A stretch of DNA of 63,391 nucleotides, filler included, from Octopus bimaculoides (lineage: Eukaryota): NCBI RefSeq assembly GCF_001194135.2. It is 5 parts of 5 records of this genome, joined end to end, with 100 filler letters (N's around TTAATTAATTAA, not from the genome) between each part and the next. Parts side by side here need not be neighbours in the genome. Positions count along the whole stretch, not along the records: positions 50,779 to 62,253 come from NC_068996.1; positions 62,354 to 63,391 come from NC_068994.1; 3 more parts are not named here. One strand, given 5' to 3'. The notes beneath the pieces are model-generated. The model saw nothing but the letters and a program-made list of their open reading frames with translations, was not told the origin of the DNA and ran no database searches. Made by a program: the position numbers and the translations under genes. Below are positions 50,817 through 62,408 of the stretch, one piece after another. Position 1 is the stretch's first letter. Every line of letters starts with the position of its first letter.

Positions 50817-51485
50817 TTATGTTTGACTTTTGTTTTGCATTTGTACAAGTTGGATCCAAGTCTTCCCAGACTGGGAAGTTTTAAGGGTGGGAAGTTTTAA
50901 GGGTGATAACTATGTTCCTGACATTTCCTGAATCGCGATTGTAATATTCCTGTCTAATTACTAATTGCGCCCCTTTCGGAGATACAATTCAGTGATATCT
51001 TATTTTGAATTACTCGTAATAAGAAAGATTTCGAAATTTTTCAAAATTTTTAAAATGTCGGAACACTACATAAGGAGGGATTCCAATCGCGTTTAATGGT
51101 TCGCTACCTCAACAGCTCCTTTATGGGATTCAGTGGCTAAATACATCATCAGGAGGAACCACATCCGGTTTCGGCCCCTACTCCTCTACCGTTTGGAGGC
51201 GGGGGCAAACATAATATTAGTTACCGACGGTGGTGGTGTGGGAAGGAGTCAGTCCTTCGAACCCAGCTTCGTGTGACACAGTAGCCATGATAACAGGATA
51301 TGACGTCAAAGACAAGCGAGTTGGAGCTGAAACAAATCTATCGAATTTCCGTAACGAAGCTTTTTCTTTTTCGTTCTGACAACGACAACGCCTGCAAAAA
51401 TTCAAACAACAACAACAACAAGAGCAAGTACAACAACAATCGCAAGAGCGAGAATAAAACAGACAGCATCAAGAATGAAGCCATC

Positions 51486-51789
51486 GGTAAATTTCAGATT
51501 AACAGCCGCACGATTTTTACTAGGATATTAGGGTTAGGGTTTTAGGGTCAGGGTTAGGGTTTTAGAGTTAGTTTTAGGGTTAGGGTTAGAGTTTAGGTTA
51601 CGGTTACGGTTTTAGGGTTAGGGTTAGGGAATTCCGTCCCTAACCCTAACCGTAACCCTAACACTAATCCTAACCCTAAACCCTAACCCTAACCCTAACC
51701 TACCCTAAAACTAACCCTAACCCTGACCCTAAAACGCTAACCCTAACACCCTAGTGAAAATCGTGCGGGTGTTAATCTGAAAATTTACC
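51486..51789. mobile_element. Foldback MITE with telomeric-repeat arms, Merlin-like termini
   Basis: Perfect 8-bp TSD AAGCCATC (51478-51485 and 51790-51797); termini GGTAA...TTACC; about 40 bp unique TIR then degenerate (TTAGGG)n; 6-nt spacer; mirror (CCCTAA)n. Confidence 0.85.
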
Positions 51790-51826
51790 AAGCCATCAAC
51801 AGCAAAATCAAGTACAGTGGTAATAA

Positions 51827-51990
51827 TCCTTTCTATAATAGGCACAAGGCCTGAAATTTGAGGGGAGGGGCTAGTCGATTGCATCGACTCCAGTGTTCCA
51901 CTGGTACTTATTTCATAGACTCCAGAATTTAAACTCATAACGTAAAGACGAACGAAAGCCCTCAAAGCATTTTGTCCGGCGTGCTAACAA
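51827..51990 (-). mobile_element. SINE family B, 5'-truncated
   Basis: Reverse-complement homology to tail and body. Confidence 0.7.
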
Positions 51991-52545
51991 AAACTGTACG
52001 CAAAACAACAATAACGAGCACTCAGAGAGCGCAAACCTCTGCCAAGGCAACACCAATGTCCTCTCAACGATTAACCGGAGATGATTTTTAAAATGAGAAT
52101 ACCTAAAATAAACTCGACTGCTCTCACAAACGAGAATGCTAAACATGAACCCGAACGCTCTCAAAAATTAAATAAAAATACAGGAAAAAATAATTATAAG
52201 TGCATTTCTTGTAAGAACAGGAAACTTAAGTTTGCGGCAGTAAAAGGAAAATATCTGGAAGGAGTGTGGTCCTCAGTGTTACACATATATAAAGAGAAAT
52301 ATTATGCGACGGCAGTTCCAATATGTGTTAACGAATAAAAAGCTCAAAGAATGGCATCAATATGTATCTCCCAGACTTTTATAATGGTTCACCTTTATAT
52401 TGGTAGAGGTTGATTTGAATTCTTCATACAATAAGTGAAAATAGTAAAACACACACACACACACCCTTCTGACTCAGGACTCCAGTACCAAAGACCTCGT
52501 CAGGAGAAGAGTGTCTGGTGAAAGCCTTTGTCGGGGATAAGAAGA

Positions 52546-52702
52546 AGGAGTGGCTGTGTGGTAAGTAGCTTGCTTACTAACCACATGGTTCCGGGTTCAG
52601 TCGCACTGCACAGCACCTTGGCCCAGTGCCTTCTACTATAGTCTCGGCCGACCAAATCCTTGTGAGTGGATTTGGTAGACGGAAACTGAAAGAAGCCCGT
52701 CG

Positions 52703-52748
<46 letters not shown>

Positions 52749-52937
52749 TTCCCCCACCATCGCTTGAGAACTGATGCTGGTGTGTTTACATCCCCGTAAC
52801 TTAGCGGTTCAGCAAAAGCGACCAATAGAGTAAGTACTAGGCTTACAAAAATAAGTCTTGGTATCGATTTCTTCGACTAAAGGCGGTGCTCCAGCATGGC
52901 CACAGTCAAATGACTGAAACAAATAAAAGTAATAAAT
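52546..52937 (+). mobile_element. SINE family A, near full length
   Basis: Well-preserved head, (TG)n middle and tail. Confidence 0.85.
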
Positions 52938-53475
52938 TAGATAGACATAGCCCTAAACGGAAGGCGATGAGATATGACGGGAAAATAGAAAGTCCGTCTT
53001 AAAATCAACACTATCATCACAACGAGAAAGCCAGCTTTTACAAACACATTCATAACTACGAAGTAATAAAAATCACGAGAACAAAAACATCCGAACAACA
53101 TCATGACTAACAGTCACACACTCGTGTGCACACTTCCTTCGTCAACTCCACTGTCATTCAGAAGAGCAGCATTGGATTAATTGAGGACGTAATTAGCAAC
53201 AAAAACATTCTGACAAGTGGGGAAGGCTTTGCTGCACTTCTCTTAAAAATATCATCGGACAGAATGCTGATAAAAAAAACAAAAACTTATACGAATACGT
53301 ATCTGGACTTAGAAGAGAAATTCTCCCAGGACAATGGGGAGTTCAATAAATGCTCCTCCAAAATGCATTCTAGAGAAATTTTTCCCCATTTCCCCATTTA
53401 ACCAGAAGGCTGCTTCAACAGGTACCACCGAAGATCAAGGTAAATAGCTTTTTCATTTTCTTTTCTCTAACCTAA

Positions 53476-55200
53476 ATGGCTACACTTAGGGTAGCCGTTC
53501 GGTTCGATTTGGAAGCAAGGTCACACGCTCAACAATCTCCAGTCGCTCGATATAGGCGTGATGATCATCAACGAGACGAGAATTTCTGGAGCGCACGACA
53601 ACGAGATGATAATGAGACATTACCATCTCGTAGTCTGTCGGGAACCAGCAGCGAGGATAGTAGTGCTATTCCAGAAATCCTTAGATATCAAAGCGCAGAC
53701 AATCTTCTTGGACCCGAATAGTAAGGTGGTGTTCCTAGAGGCGCACGGCAGCGAAGATAGCGCCTTTAGACTGATGGCCGTTTATACCCTACTGGAGCTG
53801 GATGACCAGATTACTTCAGATGTCTAGAAGAATTCCTGAGAATGTCTCGCTCTTTAGTACTAGTGGTAGACTGGAATAGTATTTTAGATTCACAGATCGA
53901 CTATTTGGGGCTAGCGCATAGCAGAAGTGGGTGCAAAAACCTCGAAAACCTGCTCAAAAACTTCCAGTTTTCTGACAAGTACCGACAAGATTTTTCTGAT
54001 GTACTTGTGTTGAGATATAGCAGCCACATTGGATCATCCAGTACATATCTAGATAAGTTATCTGTTAGGTCAATGAATATCTAGCGTAAGACGTCAATAC
54101 CTCAAACTGGTCGCCTACACAGACCAAAAATTTGTGATCTGCTCGGTTGATTTAGATAAGTCCCGTAGACAATGATTCAGTTACTGGGAGCTGAACGCAT
54201 TACAATCGGCAAGCAAAAACTACAGGAACCGGATTAATGAGCAAGTTAGCGGTGAGAATGGCCCTCAGCTATTTCTTCGAGGTAAAACATAAAGGCATTA
54301 GCTCTGTCAGTGCTAAGGCCCGTCCGCTCAAACACAATGTAGCTAAAACCGTCCGATGGGCCCGAACGGTAATGACTCAACGTGACAACAAAAGCTAGCC
54401 CCGAAAAGGCGGACAAAGATGCAAATGTATGCATCGCCTCCGTTATTATTTATCGCATGACTGTTGTGTCTTGTTCCAGCTATCACTTTATCAGTTTAGA
54501 ACATCTGTTATATATTTCTTGTGCAAGGGACGCGTTCGAATGGTCTGGTTGGTCGTCCTGCTGCCAGCATCCTCTGCGTGGCGGCTTAGGCACGCCGTAG
54601 TTGCTGATGCACAGACGCTCCATTAGGTTACACCATCTGTAATGATTTCTAGACTGCTAACACATCTTTCCGCAGCTCGATACCTTGACTGAGTTGTAGT
54701 CTTGACTGAAGACCGAAAATGGGCACCTGGCACCTAAAGTCGACAGGCTCTACCAGCCTTCTACCAGTCGAACAATGTGATTGATGGAGGTTCCACTTGA
54801 GTAATATATAGAGGAATGGTGACCAAGAAATGGGACCATGTTCCCGGGAGATCTCTGAGTGTACATGCAAACAGACTGGTTAGTCATTCCGGATTACTTT
54901 CTGGTCGGAGATTATCATGTATAATTTCCAGATGTTCATAACCTGGCAGTACTACAGAAGGGTGCTACCGGTTCCAGATATACAGGAACGGGTGTGCCGG
55001 TCCGAGTTGCGTGCAAAGCGACGAAATCGTTTTGCTTTCACTCGTTCAGTGTCTGGGCATAACTCATTTATGGAACTACGCCGGACAGCTATTGTCGCAA
55101 GCGGGGCAAAGCCGTCTATCAACAGAATCCATTGCCCCGTCGCCCTCCTATAACTGGGTTGGCAATGTACGTTTCCTTTGTCTGGTTTCTATGACAAAAG
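53476..55200 (+). mobile_element. Decayed Tx1/L1-like LINE ORF2 with RT apparently deleted
   Basis: APE endonuclease motifs (MIINETRI, FRLMAVY, LVLVVDWNSILD, STYLDK); post-RT motif FLCKG...HPLRGGLGTP; C-terminal Cys-rich remnant (GCAGPSCVQSDE..LVQC..LWNY); many stops and frameshifts. Confidence 0.8.
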
Positions 55201-55227
55201 AGGTTGAAAGATATGAGGGCAGAGAAT

Positions 55228-55365
55228 ATTATTTACATTTGACGGATATTTGTCCTCATCTTTTTTGTTGTTAACACAACGTTTCGGCTGATATACCCTC
55301 CAGCCTTCATCAGGTATTTTGGAGAAATTTCGAACCTGGGTTCTTATTCCTAAGCTATTTTTCGA

Positions 55366-55425
<60 letters not shown>

Positions 55426-55612
55426 AGTCACTGCCTGGAATTGAACTCGGAATCTTGGGGCTAGTAGCCCACGCTCTTAACCACTACGCCATATGCCCGT
55501 GAATATACCAGCCGAAACGTTGTGTTAACAACAAACAAGATGAGGACAAATATCCGTCAAATGTAAATAATGTTAACAATGTACATAATTCCTCATCTCT
55601 TAAATATAGAAC
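55228..55612 (-). mobile_element. tRNA-head + (AAT)n + hammerhead Penelope-like non-autonomous retroelement with inverted partial copy
   Basis: Minus strand: head 55498-55427 (A box TGGCGTAGTGG, B box GAGTTCAATTCC), (AAT)n, hammerhead tail to 55228; plus-strand inverted tail copy 55500-55612. Confidence 0.8.
55273..55318 (-). ncRNA. Minimal type I hammerhead ribozyme motif
   Basis: AAUAC-CUGAUGA-A-GGCUG-gaggguauau-CAGCC-GAAA-CG-UU^-GUGUU: complete core, 5-bp stem II, 5-bp stem I, palindromic ACGU helix III, GUU cleavage triplet. Confidence 0.75.
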
Positions 55613-57384
55613 TGGAGGACAGAGAAGTTCCTTTTTGGTAGAACCTTCACTGACATTTTCAAATTTAACGTGAAAAGGAAAGTGAGAGTGGAAAGAAAAG
55701 TGCTGTAAATTTTTGAAAAGTGGGTAAAAGTTAAAGCTGCAAAAATGGTAAGAGTGAAAAGTACCGTTCTTAGTGTAGACCTGTGAATCTATAGAGAACA
55801 CTTCCACTTGGTTTTCAGGGAGATCTTGAACGGTGGAGGTCCTTGATTATCTTGATGCAAAAGGACCACATCGCTTTCCTTTTCTTTTCACCCTTTTTTC
55901 TTTTTCTGATTAAGCGGGAAGAGCTATTCTAAGAGCGCGTTCTGCCTCATCTTCGAAACACCTCGTTTAGAATAGAGGCAGCTGATGAAGGAAAAGTTCC
56001 ATAAGTGGCTCGTCTGTTTTCCTATGTGTTCATTTTGTTGTCCGTAAAAAAAAGTCCGTTTTTTGTGCTTTGCTTATGTTCCCGTTCTTTTTTTGACGTC
56101 ACGTACCCGGATATGCATCTATATATACATGTAGGTATGTACATATTTGTATTTATACATGCATATGCTCATATATCATTTGTATTAATATATTATGCAT
56201 ACTTCCTTTACTTTGCTTTTATTGTATACTGTGTACACTTTATATCGTTTTTCTTTTTCTTCTTTCTAATCATTTCATTCTATGTAGACCCCCACAACTT
56301 ATGTCAGCCTTTGTCTTCGTGGTAAATTTTTTAAAAATCATCATCATCATCATCATCATGCCCATGATTGTTGTTGTTGTTGTTTAATATCCACTTTGTC
56401 ACGAAGCCAAAAAGTGAACCTTTGATTTAACGACATTTAAACATTGGATCTTCTTAAACTTCGCACCACGAGCGGAGTCGCTCTGATTGAACTAATCATG
56501 TATAATGAACGTCTTTGCCTGTTTGTAAATTATCACTTTTCTCTTAAACATGTAAATTTATTTACAAGTATTATTTTTTTCCGTTTTTGTAATTGGTTTG
56601 CAAGATTCTTGATTTGAACCAATGTGTTGAAACATATTTCGCTGCATATTAGGAGGGTCATTGTGCCAATAATAAACACATACACTGGTTCTATTTCATT
56701 TCTATATTATTCATCAATTGGTTACCCATTTAACCAACTAATAAGTCGGTTGTTTACTAAATCAGTCAGTTTATCAATCAATCAAGTAATCAATTGTGTT
56801 TTCCAAAATCCTTTCGTAGCCATTTGCGATCTCAACGACAAAAGGATTTGGTTGGCTGAATGATTACTCAAATAATCAATTAATTAGTCAGAAGTGAAGC
56901 AGACCTTGTGCGTGTGTTTATTATTGGCATAATGACTATCCTAAGATACAACAAAGCTCTGTGGTCAGTACAAAGGACATGAAGACGGACGAAATGCCGC
57001 TAAGCATGTTACCCGGAGTGCTAACGATTCTGCCACCTCGTCGCCTTTGATTGATCTGTCATATTGAAAGACATTTCAATTGTGACCATCTTGCCTTTCT
57101 GTATACCTAGAGTTCTATAGTTCAATGTGACACTCCGCTCTCCAAAATAGATTTTATGGGAGACTGCTGTTTCTGGCAAGTCGAGTAATCACAGATAATT
57201 CGTCGATAAAATGTGGAGAACGAACAATTTGTAAGGGAGAGAAGTATGTCAAAACTGGTGCGTTTGAACGAAGCTAACACGCAGGCTGCTATTTTAGAAG
57301 AGGAGAAACTATTGTTAAGCAACTGTAGAAGCTGAGGGAATTAGATGTTCGTTTGTGAGCCAAAGTCTATAACAGAATATGTTA

Positions 57385-57512
57385 ATTATTTACATTTGAC
57401 GGATATTTATCCTCATCTTGTTTGTTGTTTGTGTTAACAACAAACAAGATGAGAACAAATATCCGTCAAATGTAAATAATGTATATCATTCCTCATCTCT
57501 TAAATATAGAAC
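57385..57512. mobile_element. Minimal inverted pair of 3' tails of the same family
   Basis: ATTATTTACATTTGACGGATATTTATCCTCATCTTGTTTGTTG facing AACAACAAACAAGATGAGAACAAATATCCGTCAAATGTAAATAAT. Confidence 0.75.
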
Positions 57513-58313
57513 AGAATAAGGTAAAGCGTGATATGTCAAATACCACACGCAAAACAATTCCTATATAATTGAAATTTCCGCATAATTATAAGAACAAGGG
57601 AGATAATTTCAAACAATTATGTCCCCTGCTGTCCTACAAATTAAAAATTTAATTTATTCATTTGTTTTTCTAGGATAGAAAGTTTATGTTTTATTGTAAT
57701 CGAAAGAAAACTATGAACAGGTTTCAGCTTGTCATATTTCATCCATTAAGATGGATATGTTAATTAATTAGAATTCTAATTTTTATTAATTACCAAATTA
57801 ATGTCATTAGCCTTGTGCAGTTATTTCCCCTACATTATTTTATCTTTTGTTTTTAATCTTGTGATACCAGCACGACTATATTTTTTTTTTAATAAAGGTC
57901 ACTTCGAAAACATATAGTTCATAAGAAAATATATACCGCTTGTGATTCAGTCCTGTTAAACAGTATCTTGGGCAAGTGACTTCAGCTAGGGCCACGGTTC
58001 AACACGGTTATTTCCCCTTTTCTTTAAGCTGTTCTTTACAACGACTAGATTTTGCTTTTGTCAACTGAGAAGGAAATTTCAGTTCGCATTTATCTCTTTC
58101 CAGTCATGAGTCTAAGGACATGCTGGGGCATCATTTTGAAAGATTTAGTTGAACAAATCAACTCCAGTACTTATTTTTAGGTCAAACATCTTTTTGCCGA
58201 ACCGCTAATTTAGGAAAACGTAAACAGACCATTAGCAGTTGTCAAGACAAAGAGAAACGAGCAAACACACACACACACATACGCACGCGCACACACAATT
58301 GTGTAAAGGCGTC

Positions 58314-58740
58314 AATTTGGCTGAATCGTTAGTGTGTCAAACAAAATGTTTGGCTGTTTTTCCCTTGGCTTTACATTCTGAGTTCAGTTTCCACTGAGGT
58401 TGCCTTTGCCTTACATCTTTTAATGGTACATAATATAAGTACCAGGTGAATACTGGGGTCGATGTAATCAGCTCAATTTATTCCCCTAAATTTACTGGCC
58501 TCATGCCAAAATTTAAAACCATTATGACACAGCTAGCCGGGTGAATTGCTTTGCACATGAAACAAAATTCTTAGTGACATTTTATCCAATTTCATGTTCT
58601 GAGTTCAAATCCTACAGGGGTTCACTTTGTTCTTCACCCTTTCAAGGTTAATCAAATATGTACCAGCTGAACACTTAGGGTTGATGTAATCAACAAGCCA
58701 CCTCAACCAAAATTTCAGGTAGTGCTTTTAGTAGAAAGGA
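58314..58740 (+). mobile_element. Two decayed SINE family B copies
   Basis: CTGAGTTCA box and AAGTACCAG...GGGGTCGATGTAATC body present twice. Confidence 0.6.
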
Positions 58741-58839
58741 TTTTCTCCCATTAGTTTCTCTCGTTGTTTGCATATTGAAATCATTTGTTTTCGTATTTCA
58801 TGTTGTTTACTGTTGGTGACATCCTGTACCAATATATGC

Positions 58840-58871
<32 letters not shown>

Positions 58872-61868
58872 NNNNNNNNNNNNNNNNNNNNNNNNNNNNN
58901 NNNNNNNNNNNNNNNNNNNNNNNNNNNNNNNNNNNNNNNNNNNNNNNNNNNNNNNNNNNNNNNNNNNNNNNNNNNNNNNNNNNNNNNNNNNNNNNNNNNN
59001 NNNNNNNNNNNNNNNNNNNNNNNNNNNNNNNNNNNNNNNNNNNNNNNNNNNNNNNNNNNNNNNNNNNNNNNNNNNNNNNNNNNNNNNNNNNNNNNNNNNN
59101 NNNNNNNNNNNNNNNNNNNNNNNNNNNNNNNNNNNNNNNNNNNNNNNNNNNNNNNNNNNNNNNNNNNNNNNNNNNNNNNNNNNNNNNNNNNNNNNNNNNN
59201 NNNNNNNNNNNNNNNNNNNNNNNNNNNNNNNNNNNNNNNNNNNNNNNNNNNNNNNNNNNNNNNNNNNNNNNNNNNNNNNNNNNNNNNNNNNNNNNNNNNN
59301 NNNNNNNNNNNNNNNNNNNNNNNNNNNNNNNNNNNNNNNNNNNNNNNNNNNNNNNNNNNNNNNNNNNNNNNNNNNNNNNNNNNNNNNNNNNNNNNNNNNN
59401 NNNNNNNNNNNNNNNNNNNNNNNNNNNNNNNNNNNNNNNNNNNNNNNNNNNNNNNNNNNNNNNNNNNNNNNNNNNNNNNNNNNNNNNNNNNNNNNNNNNN
59501 NNNNNNNNNNNNNNNNNNNNNNNNNNNNNNNNNNNNNNNNNNNNNNNNNNNNNNNNNNNNNNNNNNNNNNNNNNNNNNNNNNNNNNNNNNNNNNNNNNNN
59601 NNNNNNNNNNNNNNNNNNNNNNNNNNNTTTACTGAAAGGAAAGAAAATGTATGAGTGCACAAGTGTGTGTGTGAGAAAAAACACAGAACAAGTGAAAGTG
59701 TCTGTAGTATAGACTGCGAAAAGTCCCAAAACACCGAGATAGAGAAAACCAGTTCGTATTAAAATTCCACAAGGAGAATATGGTCTGTTGATCGTGAGTG
59801 GAAACATCCACTCTAACAGAGTCGATAAAACCGAGCGTGTTGATCTGGTGGTGGGGTTGTTGGCGCACGACATTGTGGTAGACAGTACATTGATGGTGAA
59901 GACGACGGCGCAGGAACTGTAATATAGCTGTGTTCTGTATGTGTGGTAGTAATGATGTTGACAGTGGTAACTTGGCGACGTCGGCGGGAATGCTTGTAGT
60001 TGGTAGTAGTAATTGTTGTCGTCACGGTGGTAATCNNNNNNNNNNNNNNNNNNNNNNNNNNNNNNNNNNNNNNNNNNNNNNNNNNNNNNNNNNNNNNNNN
60101 NNNNNNNNNNNNNNNNNNNNNNNNNNNNNNNNNNNAATAATAACGTTCACACTCACTGATGGTCGCTCTCAGTAACTGCCTTTAGATTACGGAGTTCTTG
60201 TTTTTATAACTATCAAAAAGCAGCCAGAAAGATAGACATATTGTTGAGAACAAATGATTTCGTTGGAGGTCTGTTATCTCCATTCCATCCCCTGGTGGCC
60301 TAGAAAAGGTTAGAAGTGTCAAGTGGCAAAAACATTATTCTGCTTAGCAAAGGCACCTGAGAAATGTATAACTGCTGTCATTCACAGAAAAACTTGTTTT
60401 ACCGTTAGAAAAGCACTGTTGAAGTATTAAGTGAAATTTGGCAATCGAGGATCGAATCCACGCTACGCCTGCATGAAGCCACTACAAATACGTTGTGGAA
60501 TAAAAAATTTATCTACTGTCATAGAAAAAGTGTAACTGTAAAAATGCAGAATTATCGGAGTAATGGGCATTCAAAAAAGTATGTATGTATAGAAATGTAT
60601 GAATGAAGTTGTTAAGGTTTGAGATTCAAATCAAGGAAGTGCAATAATAATGTTTAGCAGTTTAAAACTGTGAACATTGAAATGCAGAATTAGGTCGGAT
60701 GATCGTGAGAATCAAATATTGATCGCTTCGCAGGTGGTATGGGTTATTTCTCTTCGGTTGTTTAAATAAAATATTAGTAATATGTAGTAGATAGAAGGAT
60801 CCATTGGAAGGGCCCTATTATCGATTTTTTTTCAACAATCTAAGTATGTCACGAGGCTTCCAGACATGAGTTCTACTCAGGTGTCAAATAAAGTATAAAA
60901 GTGATATTGTCTGCAAAAATTAGAAACTAGACACACAAAAAAATCAATATTCAAAGTAATCGAACATAAACAATGAAACCTGTAAAATATTTCTAAATTC
61001 AATGGCTCAATTAGTTTCATGAAAATGTTGTATGAACTGTAAATATGCAATAAATATTATGATTTGTAAAACAAGTATAAGTGATACAGGGTGTCCCAAC
61101 TGAATGTGGTGTGGAAGTTTGGTTTCATTTTTTAAGAAATGTAAGCATTCAAAGTATGAGTTGGAATATACTAATTAAATACGTTCTGGAATCAAAAATT
61201 TATGTACTGTCATTGGAAACGTTTAAATGGAAAAATGCAGAATTATGAGAGTTATGGGCATTGAAAGTGTGCATGCATCAAGAAGGGGCAATAACAAGGT
61301 TTAGCAATTGAAAACTGTGAGTAGAGAAATGCAGAATTAGGTCTGCTGATCGTGAGATTCAATTACTGATCGCTTCACTAAAAACTAACAACTGTAAATG
61401 CAGGTGCTATGGGTTCTTTCCTTGAATGTTTAAAAAAACCCAGTTATATGAGGTAGCTATAAAAGTCCCTTCCAGGGGCCGTGTTATCGATTTTTTCAAC
61501 AATCTAAGTCTGTCATGGGATTTCCAGACATGAGTTCCACTCACGTGTCAAGTTTCATTAAAATCAATAAAATTATGTAGGAGGAGTTAGCTAACAACGT
61601 CACAAACAAACACACACCGATTTTCCACATATGTTGTAGATATGTGTGTGTATGTATACACATACATATAAGCGTTTATCAATTTGTGTTGCAAGATTCT
61701 TGACGTGAAATCGTGTATTGAAACAAATATTGATGTATTTTGGGATGGTCAGTTTTTTTTTGTCATATAAACACACGCACTATATATTTTTGAAAAGCAA
61801 ATATATAGTGCGTGTGTTTATTTGGCAAAAAAAAAATGACTGTCCCGAAATACAACATATATATTTAC

Positions 61869-62187
61869 ATTATTTACATTTGACGGATATTTGTCCTAAA
61901 CTAGTTTGTTGTTAACACAAACGTTTCAGTTGATATACCCCTCAGCCTTCATCAGGTGTCTTGGGGAAATTTCGAACCTGAGTTCTCATTCCTAAGGTAT
62001 TATTATTATTATTATTATTATTCAGGTCACTGCCTGGAATCGAACTTGGAATCTTGGGGTTAATAAACTGTGCTGTTAACCTCTACGCCATATGCCCGTG
62101 GGCATAGTGGTTAAGACCGCGCGCTATTAACCCGAAAATTCCGAGTTCGATTCCAGGCAGTGACTTGAATAAATAATAATGATGATG

Positions 62188-62245
<58 letters not shown>

Positions 62246-62253
62246 CAACAACA
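61869..62253 (-). mobile_element. tRNA-head/hammerhead element with an inverted second head
   Basis: Minus: head 62097-62026, (AAT)n, HHR remnant 61960-61914; plus: second head 62100-62164 then (AAT)n into N gap. Confidence 0.8.
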
Positions 62254-62408
62254 NNNNNNNNNNNNNNNNNNNNNNNNNNNNNNNNNNNNNNNNNNNNTTA
62301 ATTAATTAANNNNNNNNNNNNNNNNNNNNNNNNNNNNNNNNNNNNNNNNNNNNCCCCTTTCTCCTCCTCCTCCTCTTTCTCCCGCTCCTCCTCCAGTCAT
62401 TTCTTGAT

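Noticed and set aside
51525-51750. Ancestral telomere-telomere chromosome fusion site
   Set aside because: Unique terminal sequences are also inverted and a perfect 8-bp TSD flanks the unit, which fits a transposon insertion better.
55945-56000. GAAAC...CTGATGAAGG as a permuted hammerhead
   Set aside because: Could not form stem II or a valid helix III/NUH.
58728-59873. ORFs of 289-381 aa
   Set aside because: Length comes from N gaps; likewise at 2298-3260, 18457-19329, 41427-42079 and 44875-45511.
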